Below the pieces are notes generated by a model that was not told where the DNA came from, did no database searches, and worked only from the letters and a program-made list of their open reading frames with translations. Shown piece by piece: positions 35,194 through 43,540 of a stretch of 43,597 nt of DNA. Location: the NCBI GenBank assembly GCA_045657025.1, contig JAZOSF010000175.1, positions 1 to 43,597 of the forward strand. Direction: 5' to 3'. The stretch comes from Lachnospiraceae bacterium. GTDB taxonomy: Bacteria; Bacillota; Clostridia; Lachnospirales; Lachnospiraceae. A program made the position numbers and the translations under genes. Every line of letters begins with the position of its first letter. Position 1 is the stretch's first letter.

Positions 35194-35640
35194 TTAATTT
35201 TGTGTTGGCTCATCTTCTGCCAACAAATAGTCCAGAATTTCCTGAACCCCTTCTCCCTTAAGAGAATTTACATGAAAAATTTTGCTTACTCCGGCATTTT
35301 CCAGCCACCTGTCCGCCAACGGGACATTTGCATCCGGCAAATCGATTTTTGTTACAATACCGATGCACTCTCTATTGGCCTGTGCCGCAACTCCTCCCGG
35401 AAACAGTGAGTATGGTTCGTTAGCCGCACACAGGATACCTACCACGTCCGCTTCGTATGTATATAATGCCAACGCTTTACTAAATCGACGACTCTGTGCA
35501 TATTCGCCCGGAGTATCAATAACACTGTCATAATAATGAACGTCCTGGGTCTTGTAGTAATGAATCTCTTCACCTCTAAGTGCCTGTGTCAAGGTTGTTT
35601 TTCCTGCTTCACTGCGTCCTATAAGTATTAACTTTTTCAT
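35194..35640 (-). CDS. pduV: EutP/PduV-family small GTPase
   Basis: 148 aa. P-loop GRSEAGKTTL and DTPGEY, with EutP/PduV length and context. The start overlaps the upstream stop (ATGA). Confidence 0.9.
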   Translation of the reverse strand: MKKLILIGRSEAGKTTLTQALRGEEIHYYKTQDVHYYDSVIDTPGEYAQSRRFSKALALYTYEADVVGILCAANEPYSLFPGGVAAQANRECIGIVTKIDLPDANVPLADRWLENAGVSKIFHVNSLKGEGVQEILDYLLAEDEPTQN

Positions 35641-36011
35641 GTCTTGGTAATTGGGCAGACTGTATAGCCAAGCTTTTCACCGCAATACTCGCGAACCGCT
35701 TCCATAGAGGCCTGCACCTCACTTACGGTGCCTGTAACAATAAGAGAACCACTAAAACGGTCAACAAAGCCCAATGTAACACCACTTGCTTTTAATGCAA
35801 CATCTGCCATAATAATAGCTGTTTCGGAAGGTGTAACCGTTGTAACACCGATTGCCGCCTTCTGATAATCAATCTTCGGATCTAAACCCAATTTTTTATA
35901 GAGAATCGGTTCCGGACTTGCAATAATATGTGCAAGTGTAATCTGACAACCAGGAACGTATTCCTGTATGATTCTCTCACGATCTTCTTTTAATACCCTC
36001 GATAAATCCAT
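35637..36011 (-). CDS. pduU: Circularly permuted BMC shell protein (PduU/EutS family)
   Basis: 124 aa. RIIQEYVPGCQITLAHIIASP is the characteristic PduU/EutS N-terminus. Confidence 0.9.
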   Translation of the reverse strand: MDLSRVLKEDRERIIQEYVPGCQITLAHIIASPEPILYKKLGLDPKIDYQKAAIGVTTVTPSETAIIMADVALKASGVTLGFVDRFSGSLIVTGTVSEVQASMEAVREYCGEKLGYTVCPITKT

Positions 36012-36041
36012 ATTTCCTCCTCATGCCTACGTCTCTGTGTC

Positions 36042-36836
36042 TTAGCCGCCTATCTGGCAGGTCAGCCTAGATACCTGTTCCACAACTTTTTTGAGCATTT
36101 CCATATGCTCCGGTTCCGGCGGAAGTACATCCTTCATCAGGTATTCTCTGCCGAGTCCGTCATATTTGTCCTGTCCCAATCTGTGGTAAGGCAATAAGTG
36201 AATTTTGCCCACACCGGGCAGCTTGTCTGCAAACTGGGCAATCCCCTTTATTTCCTCCGGTGTATCGTTAAATCCCGGAATAACCGGAACTCTTATTACT
36301 AATTTTGTTTTGCCGGAAGCAGCAATCTTACGAGCATTTTCCAACATCAGCTCATTGCTTTTTCCAGTAAATTCTTTGTGCTTGATAGGATTCGTATGCT
36401 TAATATCCATCAAATACGTATCCAGATAAGGTAAGATATCCTCTATCACTTCATAAGGTGCACATCCCATGCTCTCCATCGCTGTGGTAACCCCCACGGC
36501 TTTGGCTGCCATAAGAAGAGCTTTGGCAAACTTAGGCTGACACAAGCTTTCGCCTCCGGAAAGAGTAATGCCACCACCGCTTCTGCGGTAATAATCACGG
36601 TCCTTTTCGACCACCTGCATAACCTCTTCTACCGTAACATCCTTGCCAATCACCTTTGGCTTACCTTCTACGAGCATGGTCTGAATGTCATATTCCTGTG
36701 ATTCCGGATTACAACACCAGCGACATCTGAGCACGCATCCTTTTAAAAATACGATGGTGCGTATACCGTCTCCGTCATGAATGGAATAGCGTTGAATATC
36801 GAAGATACGACCCTTTGTCTTTAAAATATCTTCCAA
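36042..36836 (-). CDS. Glycyl-radical enzyme activating protein (radical SAM)
   Basis: 264 aa. IFDIQRYSIHDGDGIRT and the CVLRCRWCCNPE cluster motif. TTG start 7 nt after a perfect AAGGAGG. Confidence 0.93.
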   Translation of the reverse strand: MEDILKTKGRIFDIQRYSIHDGDGIRTIVFLKGCVLRCRWCCNPESQEYDIQTMLVEGKPKVIGKDVTVEEVMQVVEKDRDYYRRSGGGITLSGGESLCQPKFAKALLMAAKAVGVTTAMESMGCAPYEVIEDILPYLDTYLMDIKHTNPIKHKEFTGKSNELMLENARKIAASGKTKLVIRVPVIPGFNDTPEEIKGIAQFADKLPGVGKIHLLPYHRLGQDKYDGLGREYLMKDVLPPEPEHMEMLKKVVEQVSRLTCQIGG

Positions 36837-36850
36837 ACCGCTACCTCCTT

Positions 36851-39376
36851 TTAGAAACCTTGCTCGGTTCTTCGAATGATATCATCCTGCAAGCTCTTGG
36901 ATAAGGTGGTAAACAATGCACTGTAACCTGCTACACGCACTACTAAGTGCTTGTAGTTTTCTGGATGTTTCTGTGCATCTAACAAAGTATCTCTAGATAC
37001 TACATTAAACTGTACATGGCTTCCTTTTCTGTCAAAATAGCTGCGAATCATGTTTACAAAATTATCCAGTCCCTTTTCGCCGCTAAGTGCTGAAGGATGG
37101 AACTTCTGATTGTACAGTGTACCATTGGAAGCAATGCCATGATCCAACTTAGATACAGAGTTTGCTGCAGCTGTTGGTCCGTTAACATCTTTTCCTGCGG
37201 AAGGGGAAACACCATCTGCTACAGGCATTCCTGCTAATCTGCCATCCGGTGTGGCTCCTGTCTGAGCTCCTAAAGGAACATTTGCTGATACCGGATACAA
37301 TCCTGCATGGAACATACCGCCACGTGGATTTCTATACTGAAGCAATGGTTTTGTATATGTATAAGCAGCCTCTCTTGCTAAAAGGTCTACCTCTTCCTCG
37401 TCGTTTCCGAACTTGTCCACTTCCTCAATCATAGAAAGTAACTGCTCAAACTTCTTTTTATCTTCGACTGTTACTGCTTCGCGGATAATATTCTGTGTAA
37501 TCTTGGAAACTGCATCGGATGTAGGCTGCACGCCTTGCTCCGATAATTTTCTTGCGACCTGACCTGCCACCTGTGCAACTACAAGAGGACTTACTTCCTG
37601 TCCGTAGTTAAACATCAATGCCTGCTTGTAATCTGCCATAGATACTTTCTTCTCTTCGAAAACAAGTTTCTTAATAGCAAACAAGGAATCCGCAACATTG
37701 GCAATACCAAATCCCTGAGGACCGGTAAAGTTATAAACGCTACCGCCCTGTTCACAAGTCTTGCCTCTCTTTATACAGTCATCCACCATACTTGCCAGGA
37801 ATGGAAGCGGCATACGTTCTGCATGGGCCTGGTCAACCGCATTGTCTGCATTAACCATAAGCTGGATGAAGTAATCCATCTGAACTTTGTATGCATCCAT
37901 GAATTCTTCAAAAGTCTGCATACTTTCTACAGCCGGTGTCTTAGGACCAATCTGCTCTCCGCAATCCATACCGCTACTAAATACTAACTCTAACGGACGG
38001 CACATATTGTAGAATGCTGCGTCATGCCAGCCATTGGTCTTGCCGGAAACCTGCGGTTCCACACAACCGATAATATTGTAATTCCGCGCATCTTCTAAAG
38101 TAATGCCTCTGCTCATAAGAGCCGGAATAATAACTTCGTCGTTATAATATGCCGGAAGTCCGATACCGGTTCTTGTAAGTTCCGCCGCACGAATCAAAAG
38201 GTCATACGGAGAACCGTTCCAAACTCGGATGGATAAAGAAGGCTGTGGTAAAAATACATGGAAGGAAGCCTCTATACACATGAAAGACAAATCATTGGTT
38301 ACATCCTTGCCCTCTGCATTCTGACCGCCTACGATCAAGTTCTGGAAAACACCATAACCAGCAAAGCCCTTAGCACTTTCTGCATCTCTACATTTACTTA
38401 AATCATTAAATTTAACCCAAATACAATCAATGAATTCCTGAGCTTTTTCTCTGGTGATTCTGCCGGCATCCATATCCGCCTTGTAATAAGGATACATATA
38501 CTGGTCAAAACGACCCGGTGAAATAGAATGTCCGTTGGACTCTATCTGAATCAGTTGCTGTACAAACCAGAAACTCTGGCATGCTTCATAGAAGCTTGTA
38601 GCACCCTTTGCCGGTACCTTGCGACAATTTGCAGCGATCTGAAGCAACTCACCTTTGCGGGTAGCTTCTCTGCACTCTGCAGCCATTTTTTCTGCCAAAT
38701 CTGCATAGCGGTTTGCATAAAGGATTGCTGCCTGGCAACTTATAATTACTGCTTCCAAAAAATGACTTCTTGTTGCATAATCAGCATCGCCCAAATTGCA
38801 CTTCCTCAATTCAGCCTGCGCCTCTGCTATAATACCTTCATAACCGATAGCAAGCACTTTTTCATACTTTACGGTAATATGTCCTACACCATTGTAGAAG
38901 TAATTGCCTACTGTAAAAATATTGTGTGCCATAGCAGTTAACGTTTCCGGTGCCATATAAGAAGTTGCTAACTCACTGGTAGTTTTACCTTCCCAATATC
39001 TGTAAGCTTCTTTCAACTCCTTCTTCACCTGTTCAGAGATATAGAACGGATCTGCTTCTCTGGTGTTCAAAGTATCAAATTCTGCTTCCAACCAATCAAA
39101 AGAAAACTCAGGGAATGTCTGGCTTCCTCTTGGAGCTACTGTAGAACTACCTACAATTAGCTCATCTGGTCGTATAATAATAGGAATATTTTTTAATACA
39201 TGAGCAAAAGCTTTCGCTCTTCTTATAATCAAAGGTTCCTGTTCGGTCTGCTTGTAGCTTTCCGTCATTAAAACAGCTCTTGCAGATTCGATTTCAGGTG
39301 TCTTTTCATACAAATGCTCCACTAATTTCTTTATTCTTCCTGACACGGGAATTCTGGAACTATTATACTTTTTCAT
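36851..39376 (-). CDS. Glycyl radical enzyme, probable B12-independent 1,2-propanediol dehydratase
   Basis: About 841 aa with the glycyl radical motif VVRVAGYSALF near the C-terminus and the catalytic Cys loop IIGCVEP. Substrate is assigned from context (aldolase, PduP, PduL, rha genes). Start is the ATG at 39376 (AGAGG SD). Confidence 0.85.
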   Translation of the reverse strand: MKKYNSSRIPVSGRIKKLVEHLYEKTPEIESARAVLMTESYKQTEQEPLIIRRAKAFAHVLKNIPIIIRPDELIVGSSTVAPRGSQTFPEFSFDWLEAEFDTLNTREADPFYISEQVKKELKEAYRYWEGKTTSELATSYMAPETLTAMAHNIFTVGNYFYNGVGHITVKYEKVLAIGYEGIIAEAQAELRKCNLGDADYATRSHFLEAVIISCQAAILYANRYADLAEKMAAECREATRKGELLQIAANCRKVPAKGATSFYEACQSFWFVQQLIQIESNGHSISPGRFDQYMYPYYKADMDAGRITREKAQEFIDCIWVKFNDLSKCRDAESAKGFAGYGVFQNLIVGGQNAEGKDVTNDLSFMCIEASFHVFLPQPSLSIRVWNGSPYDLLIRAAELTRTGIGLPAYYNDEVIIPALMSRGITLEDARNYNIIGCVEPQVSGKTNGWHDAAFYNMCRPLELVFSSGMDCGEQIGPKTPAVESMQTFEEFMDAYKVQMDYFIQLMVNADNAVDQAHAERMPLPFLASMVDDCIKRGKTCEQGGSVYNFTGPQGFGIANVADSLFAIKKLVFEEKKVSMADYKQALMFNYGQEVSPLVVAQVAGQVARKLSEQGVQPTSDAVSKITQNIIREAVTVEDKKKFEQLLSMIEEVDKFGNDEEEVDLLAREAAYTYTKPLLQYRNPRGGMFHAGLYPVSANVPLGAQTGATPDGRLAGMPVADGVSPSAGKDVNGPTAAANSVSKLDHGIASNGTLYNQKFHPSALSGEKGLDNFVNMIRSYFDRKGSHVQFNVVSRDTLLDAQKHPENYKHLVVRVAGYSALFTTLSKSLQDDIIRRTEQGF

Positions 39377-39433
39377 AACCAAAACCTCTATCTAAATATT
39401 AAAAAAACAACAATAATCCACACTTATATATAC

Positions 39434-39462
39434 ATAATACGACCGATTGTGTGGTTTGTCAA
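39434..39462 (-). promoter_or_regulatory. Near-consensus sigma-A promoter of the BMC operon
   Basis: Minus strand has TTGACA (39462-39457), a 17-nt spacer, then TATTAT (39439-39434), about 55 nt upstream of the GRE start. Confidence 0.65.
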
Positions 39463-39484
39463 TATGGTTTTGTGTGGTTTTTTG

Positions 39485-39523
39485 CCAAAAACAAACCGCT
39501 ACACTTAAAAAGTGTAACGGTTT
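39485..39523 (-). terminator. Rho-independent terminator after rhaA
   Basis: Minus strand reads AAACCGTTACACT-TTTTA-AGTGTAGCGGTTT (one mismatch) followed by GTTTTTGG. Confidence 0.8.
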
Positions 39524-39539
39524 GGATGACGTTTAAATT

Positions 39540-40787
39540 CTATCTTACAAGAAGTACTTCCTGCTCATATTTTGTAATTTCTTTAAACCATTCTGCACCC
39601 GCTTCAACGCCACACTGAGCACAATATTCTGCCCACACATCACCAAATGGCAAAGTTTTAATTTCTTCCTGCATTACCATAAGTTCGGTCATGCTGTTCT
39701 TGTTCTGAAGTTCTGCCAATAATGCATTTGGAGTACAAAGTGCACTAAGAAGTGCCTTCTGCCAACTGCGGAAACCAACTACCCATGCAGAAACACGATT
39801 GATGCTTGCATCAAAATAGTCAAGAGCCATATATACTCTGTCAAGGCCTTCGCAACGAACGATTTCTTTTGCCATTTCCTTAGTTTCGTCGTCAAACAAT
39901 ACTACATGGTCAGAGTCCCAACGAATTGGTCTGGTAATATGTAATGCGATTTCCGGGAAGAATGCCAACAATGCAGGAATCTTGTCAGAAACCACTTCCG
40001 TTGGATGATAGTGACCATTGTCCATAAGTGGAAGGCATCCGTCGTGCATAGCTGCGAAACTTAATGAAAATTCTGCACTACCAACAGTATAAGCTTCTAC
40101 ACCAATACCGAAAACTTTACTTTCTACGCAAGGTTTTACCAAATTCTTATCATATGGTTCAGCCAAAATAGCCTCGATAGACTCTTTGTAACGAACTCTA
40201 GGTCCCATTCTGTCAGCAGGAATATCCTTGTAACCGTCGCCGGTCCAAATATTCATTACACATGGTATACCGGTTTCTTTTGCAAAATATTCAGAAATAC
40301 GGATACATGCCTTACCATGCTCGATCCAGAATTTTCTGGTTTCTTCATCCGGGCTGGAAAGTGTTAAGCCGTCTTTTACTTTGTCATGAGAGAAAAATGT
40401 CGGGTTAAAATCAATACCCATATTTCTCTCTTTTGCAAATGCTACCCATTTTGCAAAATGCTTTGGCTCTAATTTATCACGATCAGCATATTCTCCGTCT
40501 TCAAAAATTGCATAGCAAGCATGAAGATTTAATTTCTTTTTACCAGGCATAAGACTTAAAGCCTTGTCCATATCCTGCATCAACTGCTCTGGAGTTCTTG
40601 CCTTGCCAGGATAATTTCCGGTAGTCTGAATACCACCTGTAAGAGGACCATCATGGTCAAATCCTGTAACATCATCTCCTTGCCAGCAATGAAGAGATAC
40701 CGGAATATCTTTTAATTTTGCAATAGCTGCATCGGTGTCCACACCAAGTTTAGCATAAATTTTTTTTGCTTCTTCGTAACGTGTCAT
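39540..40787 (-). CDS. rhaA: L-rhamnose isomerase
   Basis: 415 aa. IPVSLHCWQGDDVTGFD closely parallels the E. coli RhaA N-terminal region. Confidence 0.95.
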   Translation of the reverse strand: MTRYEEAKKIYAKLGVDTDAAIAKLKDIPVSLHCWQGDDVTGFDHDGPLTGGIQTTGNYPGKARTPEQLMQDMDKALSLMPGKKKLNLHACYAIFEDGEYADRDKLEPKHFAKWVAFAKERNMGIDFNPTFFSHDKVKDGLTLSSPDEETRKFWIEHGKACIRISEYFAKETGIPCVMNIWTGDGYKDIPADRMGPRVRYKESIEAILAEPYDKNLVKPCVESKVFGIGVEAYTVGSAEFSLSFAAMHDGCLPLMDNGHYHPTEVVSDKIPALLAFFPEIALHITRPIRWDSDHVVLFDDETKEMAKEIVRCEGLDRVYMALDYFDASINRVSAWVVGFRSWQKALLSALCTPNALLAELQNKNSMTELMVMQEEIKTLPFGDVWAEYCAQCGVEAGAEWFKEITKYEQEVLLVR

Positions 40788-40827
40788 GTCTTTCTCCTTC
40801 TTTATATACGTTATTTATTAATTCATA

Positions 40828-42237
40828 TTAATTAATAGGTTCAAAAGTTTTTACTGCAAATGATTTAAAAATACCCTTGCGAGCATCTTCTAAATCCTTG
40901 TACTCGTCTGCCTTTAACATCTGTGCAACCAAGTTACCGATAGCCGTAGCTTCTGTAGGTCCTGCATAAACAGTCTTTCTTGTACTGTTTGCAGTTAACT
41001 GGCTAAGATAATCTGCATTGGCACCGCCGCCTACAATATTAATAGCCTCGTAATGTTTGCCGGTAATACTTTCAATCTCCTTGATGGTCTGACCATAACT
41101 GTCAGCAAGACTTTGATATACTACCGTTGACACCTCTCCCACTGTCTGTGGAACAGCCTGTCCGGTCTTAGCACAATATGCTTTGATTGCTTCAATCATG
41201 TTTTCCGGAGCAAAGAAACTGTTGTCATTTACATCTACTCTGGATGGGAAAACCTTTACTTCTTCTGCTAATTCACAAAGCTCTGCAAAAGAATACTTGT
41301 CATCATACTCATGGCGCACGGACTGGATCATCCAAAGTCCCATGATATTTTTCAAAAAACGATAGCGATACTCGTAGCCACCTTCATTGGTAAGATTTGC
41401 TCTGCGGCTCTCCTCCGTACAAATAGCCTCTGTATTTTCCACGCCCATAAGGGACCATGTTCCAGAGCTGATGTATACACTCTCCTTGCCCATACTAGGA
41501 ACTGCCATAACTGCAGATGCGGTATCATGACTTGCCACCTGTATAACGTCTAAGTCAAATCCAATTTCTTCAACCAGTTCTTTCTTCAATCCGCCAACGA
41601 GAGTTCCTGCGGTTGTGAGAGGAAGAAACATGCTGGTTTTTATGCCAAGCATATTTAATAAATCATAATCCCATTCTTTCGTATCAGGATTAACTAACTG
41701 ACCGGTAGTAGCTTCTGTGTACTCACTCTTTGCTACCCCTGTCAATAAATAATTTAAATAATCCGGAACCATCAAAAGCATCTCTGCTTGTTCCATAAGC
41801 TCAGGTTCCTGTGTTTTTACAGCCATCAACTGATAGATGGTATTGAACATCTGCTTTTGAATACCTGTGCGCGCATATAATTCCTCAGGAGAAATAATGC
41901 CACTGACTACATCATCCATGCTCTCCGTGCGATTATCTCTATAAGCATATGTATTGCCTAAAGCTTTTCCATCCTTATCTAACAGAACATAATCCACGCC
42001 CCAAGTGTCAATGCCCATGCTTACCGGAATTTTCCCAATCTCCTTGCATTTTTTCAAACCATCAACAATATCCGAAAAAAGTTTCTCATAATCCCAGCAA
42101 AGATGATTGTTCTTTTTGATCATGCCATTGGAAAAACGATGGATTTCCTCCATGCGAATAATACCATCTTCTACCCAGGAAAGCATATGTCTGCCGCTGG
42201 ATGCGCCAATGTCTACTGCCAAATAATAATTTCTCAT
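40828..42237 (-). CDS. rhaB: Rhamnulokinase (FGGY family)
   Basis: 469 aa. YLAVDIGASSGRHML is the RhaB-type N-terminal ATPase motif, and the gene is adjacent to rhaA. Confidence 0.92.
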   Translation of the reverse strand: MRNYYLAVDIGASSGRHMLSWVEDGIIRMEEIHRFSNGMIKKNNHLCWDYEKLFSDIVDGLKKCKEIGKIPVSMGIDTWGVDYVLLDKDGKALGNTYAYRDNRTESMDDVVSGIISPEELYARTGIQKQMFNTIYQLMAVKTQEPELMEQAEMLLMVPDYLNYLLTGVAKSEYTEATTGQLVNPDTKEWDYDLLNMLGIKTSMFLPLTTAGTLVGGLKKELVEEIGFDLDVIQVASHDTASAVMAVPSMGKESVYISSGTWSLMGVENTEAICTEESRRANLTNEGGYEYRYRFLKNIMGLWMIQSVRHEYDDKYSFAELCELAEEVKVFPSRVDVNDNSFFAPENMIEAIKAYCAKTGQAVPQTVGEVSTVVYQSLADSYGQTIKEIESITGKHYEAINIVGGGANADYLSQLTANSTRKTVYAGPTEATAIGNLVAQMLKADEYKDLEDARKGIFKSFAVKTFEPIN

Positions 42238-42294
42238 AATTTTGCTTCAAACTCCTTTCCTAATCATCTTTACTAATATACTAACTTATAATTC

Positions 42295-42335
42295 CCAAAA
42301 AGAAAAGGACACTTTTTGTTCAAAAAAGTGTCCTT
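42295..42335 (-). terminator. Rho-independent terminator after the AraC-family gene
   Basis: Minus strand reads AAGGACACTTTTT-TGAAC-AAAAAGTGTCCTT followed by TTCTTTTTGGG. The hairpin starts at the stop codon. Confidence 0.8.
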
Positions 42336-43302
42336 ATTTGCCATTACTTTCTCTATACTTTTTAGGTGTTACACCAAAATATTTTTGAAAAATTTTGTGA
42401 AAATAACTTTGATTATCATAACCAACCGCAATTCCCACTTCCAACACCGACATAGCTGTGTTTTCCAAAAGATATGCAGCTTGATTTAATCGCTTTGTTT
42501 GCACCAAATCCGTATAATTCTTACCAATTCTTTTTTTAATTTCTTTGGAAAGCCAATACGCATCATAATGTAACAGCTTTGCCAACTCCGTCAATTCGCC
42601 ATCTCTATAATGTTCTTCCACATATCCCAATACATCAATTATCAGCTTTTGCTCTTGATTCGCCTCGGTTGCTTCCATACGGTCCATATGGTTTATCAAT
42701 TGCAAAAATAACAATCCCATAGTAATCTGATTCATACTGCGCTTGTTAGGCTGTTTATTCCAAATAGACCATATTAAGTTCTCTATCAAGTTTTGAATCG
42801 GCAGGATATCTGCAATCTTAAAATGCATATAACCCACCGTATCGTTTTTGCCGGTGAGGCAATCTATCACAAATTCCTTTAACAAATTCTGTTCTTTTCC
42901 AATAAGCTGCAACCCATAAGCAAAAAACTCAGGTAAAATAATAAAATTAACTGCAATATCATTTTCTCCCGCCGGAAAAATTTCCTGTGTTACACTTTGG
43001 TTCAAAAAAAGAAGTTCTCCTTCTTTCAACAAGATCTCTGTATCTTTTATAATATGTCTGGTACTTCCGGAACACATATAAATCACTTCAATATAATTAT
43101 GTGTATGTTTTGGAAAGTGTACAAATCTTGTATGTGGTCGCACTTGAATAAGCTTTCCCTTCTCCAAAAGCTTTGCCGCGTCTACCATATTAGAATTATG
43201 TGACATGTAAAGTGCCTTTTGAATGTCTTTACCGCCGGAAAGATAATATCGTTCTTCTTCTGTTACCTTTTTCAATTCTTGATATAATGCTTCTGTTATC
43301 AA
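42334..43302 (-). CDS. AraC-family transcriptional regulator (cupin sensor plus HTH; RhaR/RhaS-like by context)
   Basis: Cupin motif HTHNYIEVIYMCSG and C-terminal AraC HTH (YFHKIFQKYFGVTPKKYR). The track ORF (to 43452) runs through a tRNA gene. The realistic start is the TTG at 43302 (GGAG with an 8-nt spacer), or alternatively the ATG at 43332, which has no SD. Confidence 0.85.
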   Translation of the reverse strand: MITEALYQELKKVTEEERYYLSGGKDIQKALYMSHNSNMVDAAKLLEKGKLIQVRPHTRFVHFPKHTHNYIEVIYMCSGSTRHIIKDTEILLKEGELLFLNQSVTQEIFPAGENDIAVNFIILPEFFAYGLQLIGKEQNLLKEFVIDCLTGKNDTVGYMHFKIADILPIQNLIENLIWSIWNKQPNKRSMNQITMGLLFLQLINHMDRMEATEANQEQKLIIDVLGYVEEHYRDGELTELAKLLHYDAYWLSKEIKKRIGKNYTDLVQTKRLNQAAYLLENTAMSVLEVGIAVGYDNQSYFHKIFQKYFGVTPKKYRESNGK

Positions 43303-43371
43303 TGTTTTTCTCCAAAAGTAAAAAAGCCCCATTTCTAGGACTTCTCGGGTTGGGCTGTTCAAATGAACAAG

Positions 43372-43443
43372 CAGCGTATAGGGGAATCGAACCCCTGTTT
43401 TCGCCGTGAGAGGGCGACGTCTTGACCGCTTGACCAATACGCC
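43372..43443 (-). tRNA. tRNA-Glu (anticodon CUC), no encoded CCA
   Basis: Hand-folded cloverleaf of 72 nt: GGCGTAT/ATACGCT acceptor stem (G1-U71 wobble), GTC/GAC D stem, TCGCC/GGCGA anticodon stem with loop CT-CTC-AC, and AGGGG/CCCCT T stem with TTCGATT loop. The D-loop AGCGGTCAA is typical of tRNA-Glu. Confidence 0.85.
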
Positions 43444-43540
43444 ATAACTCAATAAAACTTATACCTTCAAAACCGAACACTGAAATCTTCATCCGTTATC
43501 TACCTTCGATAACATTCTCTCTCTTTCCAACTTAGGTTAA

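Larger units (their letters stand above)
24884..39462 (-). other. Glycyl-radical-enzyme microcompartment (GRM, fucose/rhamnose type) operon: promoter to first strong terminator, 21 cistrons
   Basis: Contiguous same-strand genes with short gaps or overlaps (several ATGA/TAATG junctions). Bounded by a single strong promoter at 39434-39462 and a terminator at 24884-24920. Confidence 0.7.

Noticed and set aside
42238-42294. A sigma-A promoter for rhaBA: a TATATT -10-like element without a matching -35.
   Set aside because: Only a -10-like hexamer is visible and the -35 region is poor. That is plausible for an activator-dependent promoter, but the support is too weak to report as a feature.
43303-43492. 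The N-terminal extension of the AraC ORF (to 43452) and the 87-aa ORF at 43229..43492.
   Set aside because: Both read straight through the tRNA-Glu gene (43372-43443) and the rRNA-tRNA spacer, so they are ORF-caller artefacts. The AraC-family protein most plausibly starts at the TTG at 43302, or at the ATG at 43332.
43444-43540. A possible 5S rRNA between the 23S end and the tRNA-Glu.
   Set aside because: The spacer is only about 100 nt. Its sequence (…GAAGGTAGATAACGGATGAAGATTTCAGTGTTCGG…) lacks the conserved 5S helices and the CCGAAC/AGTTAAGC-type blocks. An Infernal search would settle it.
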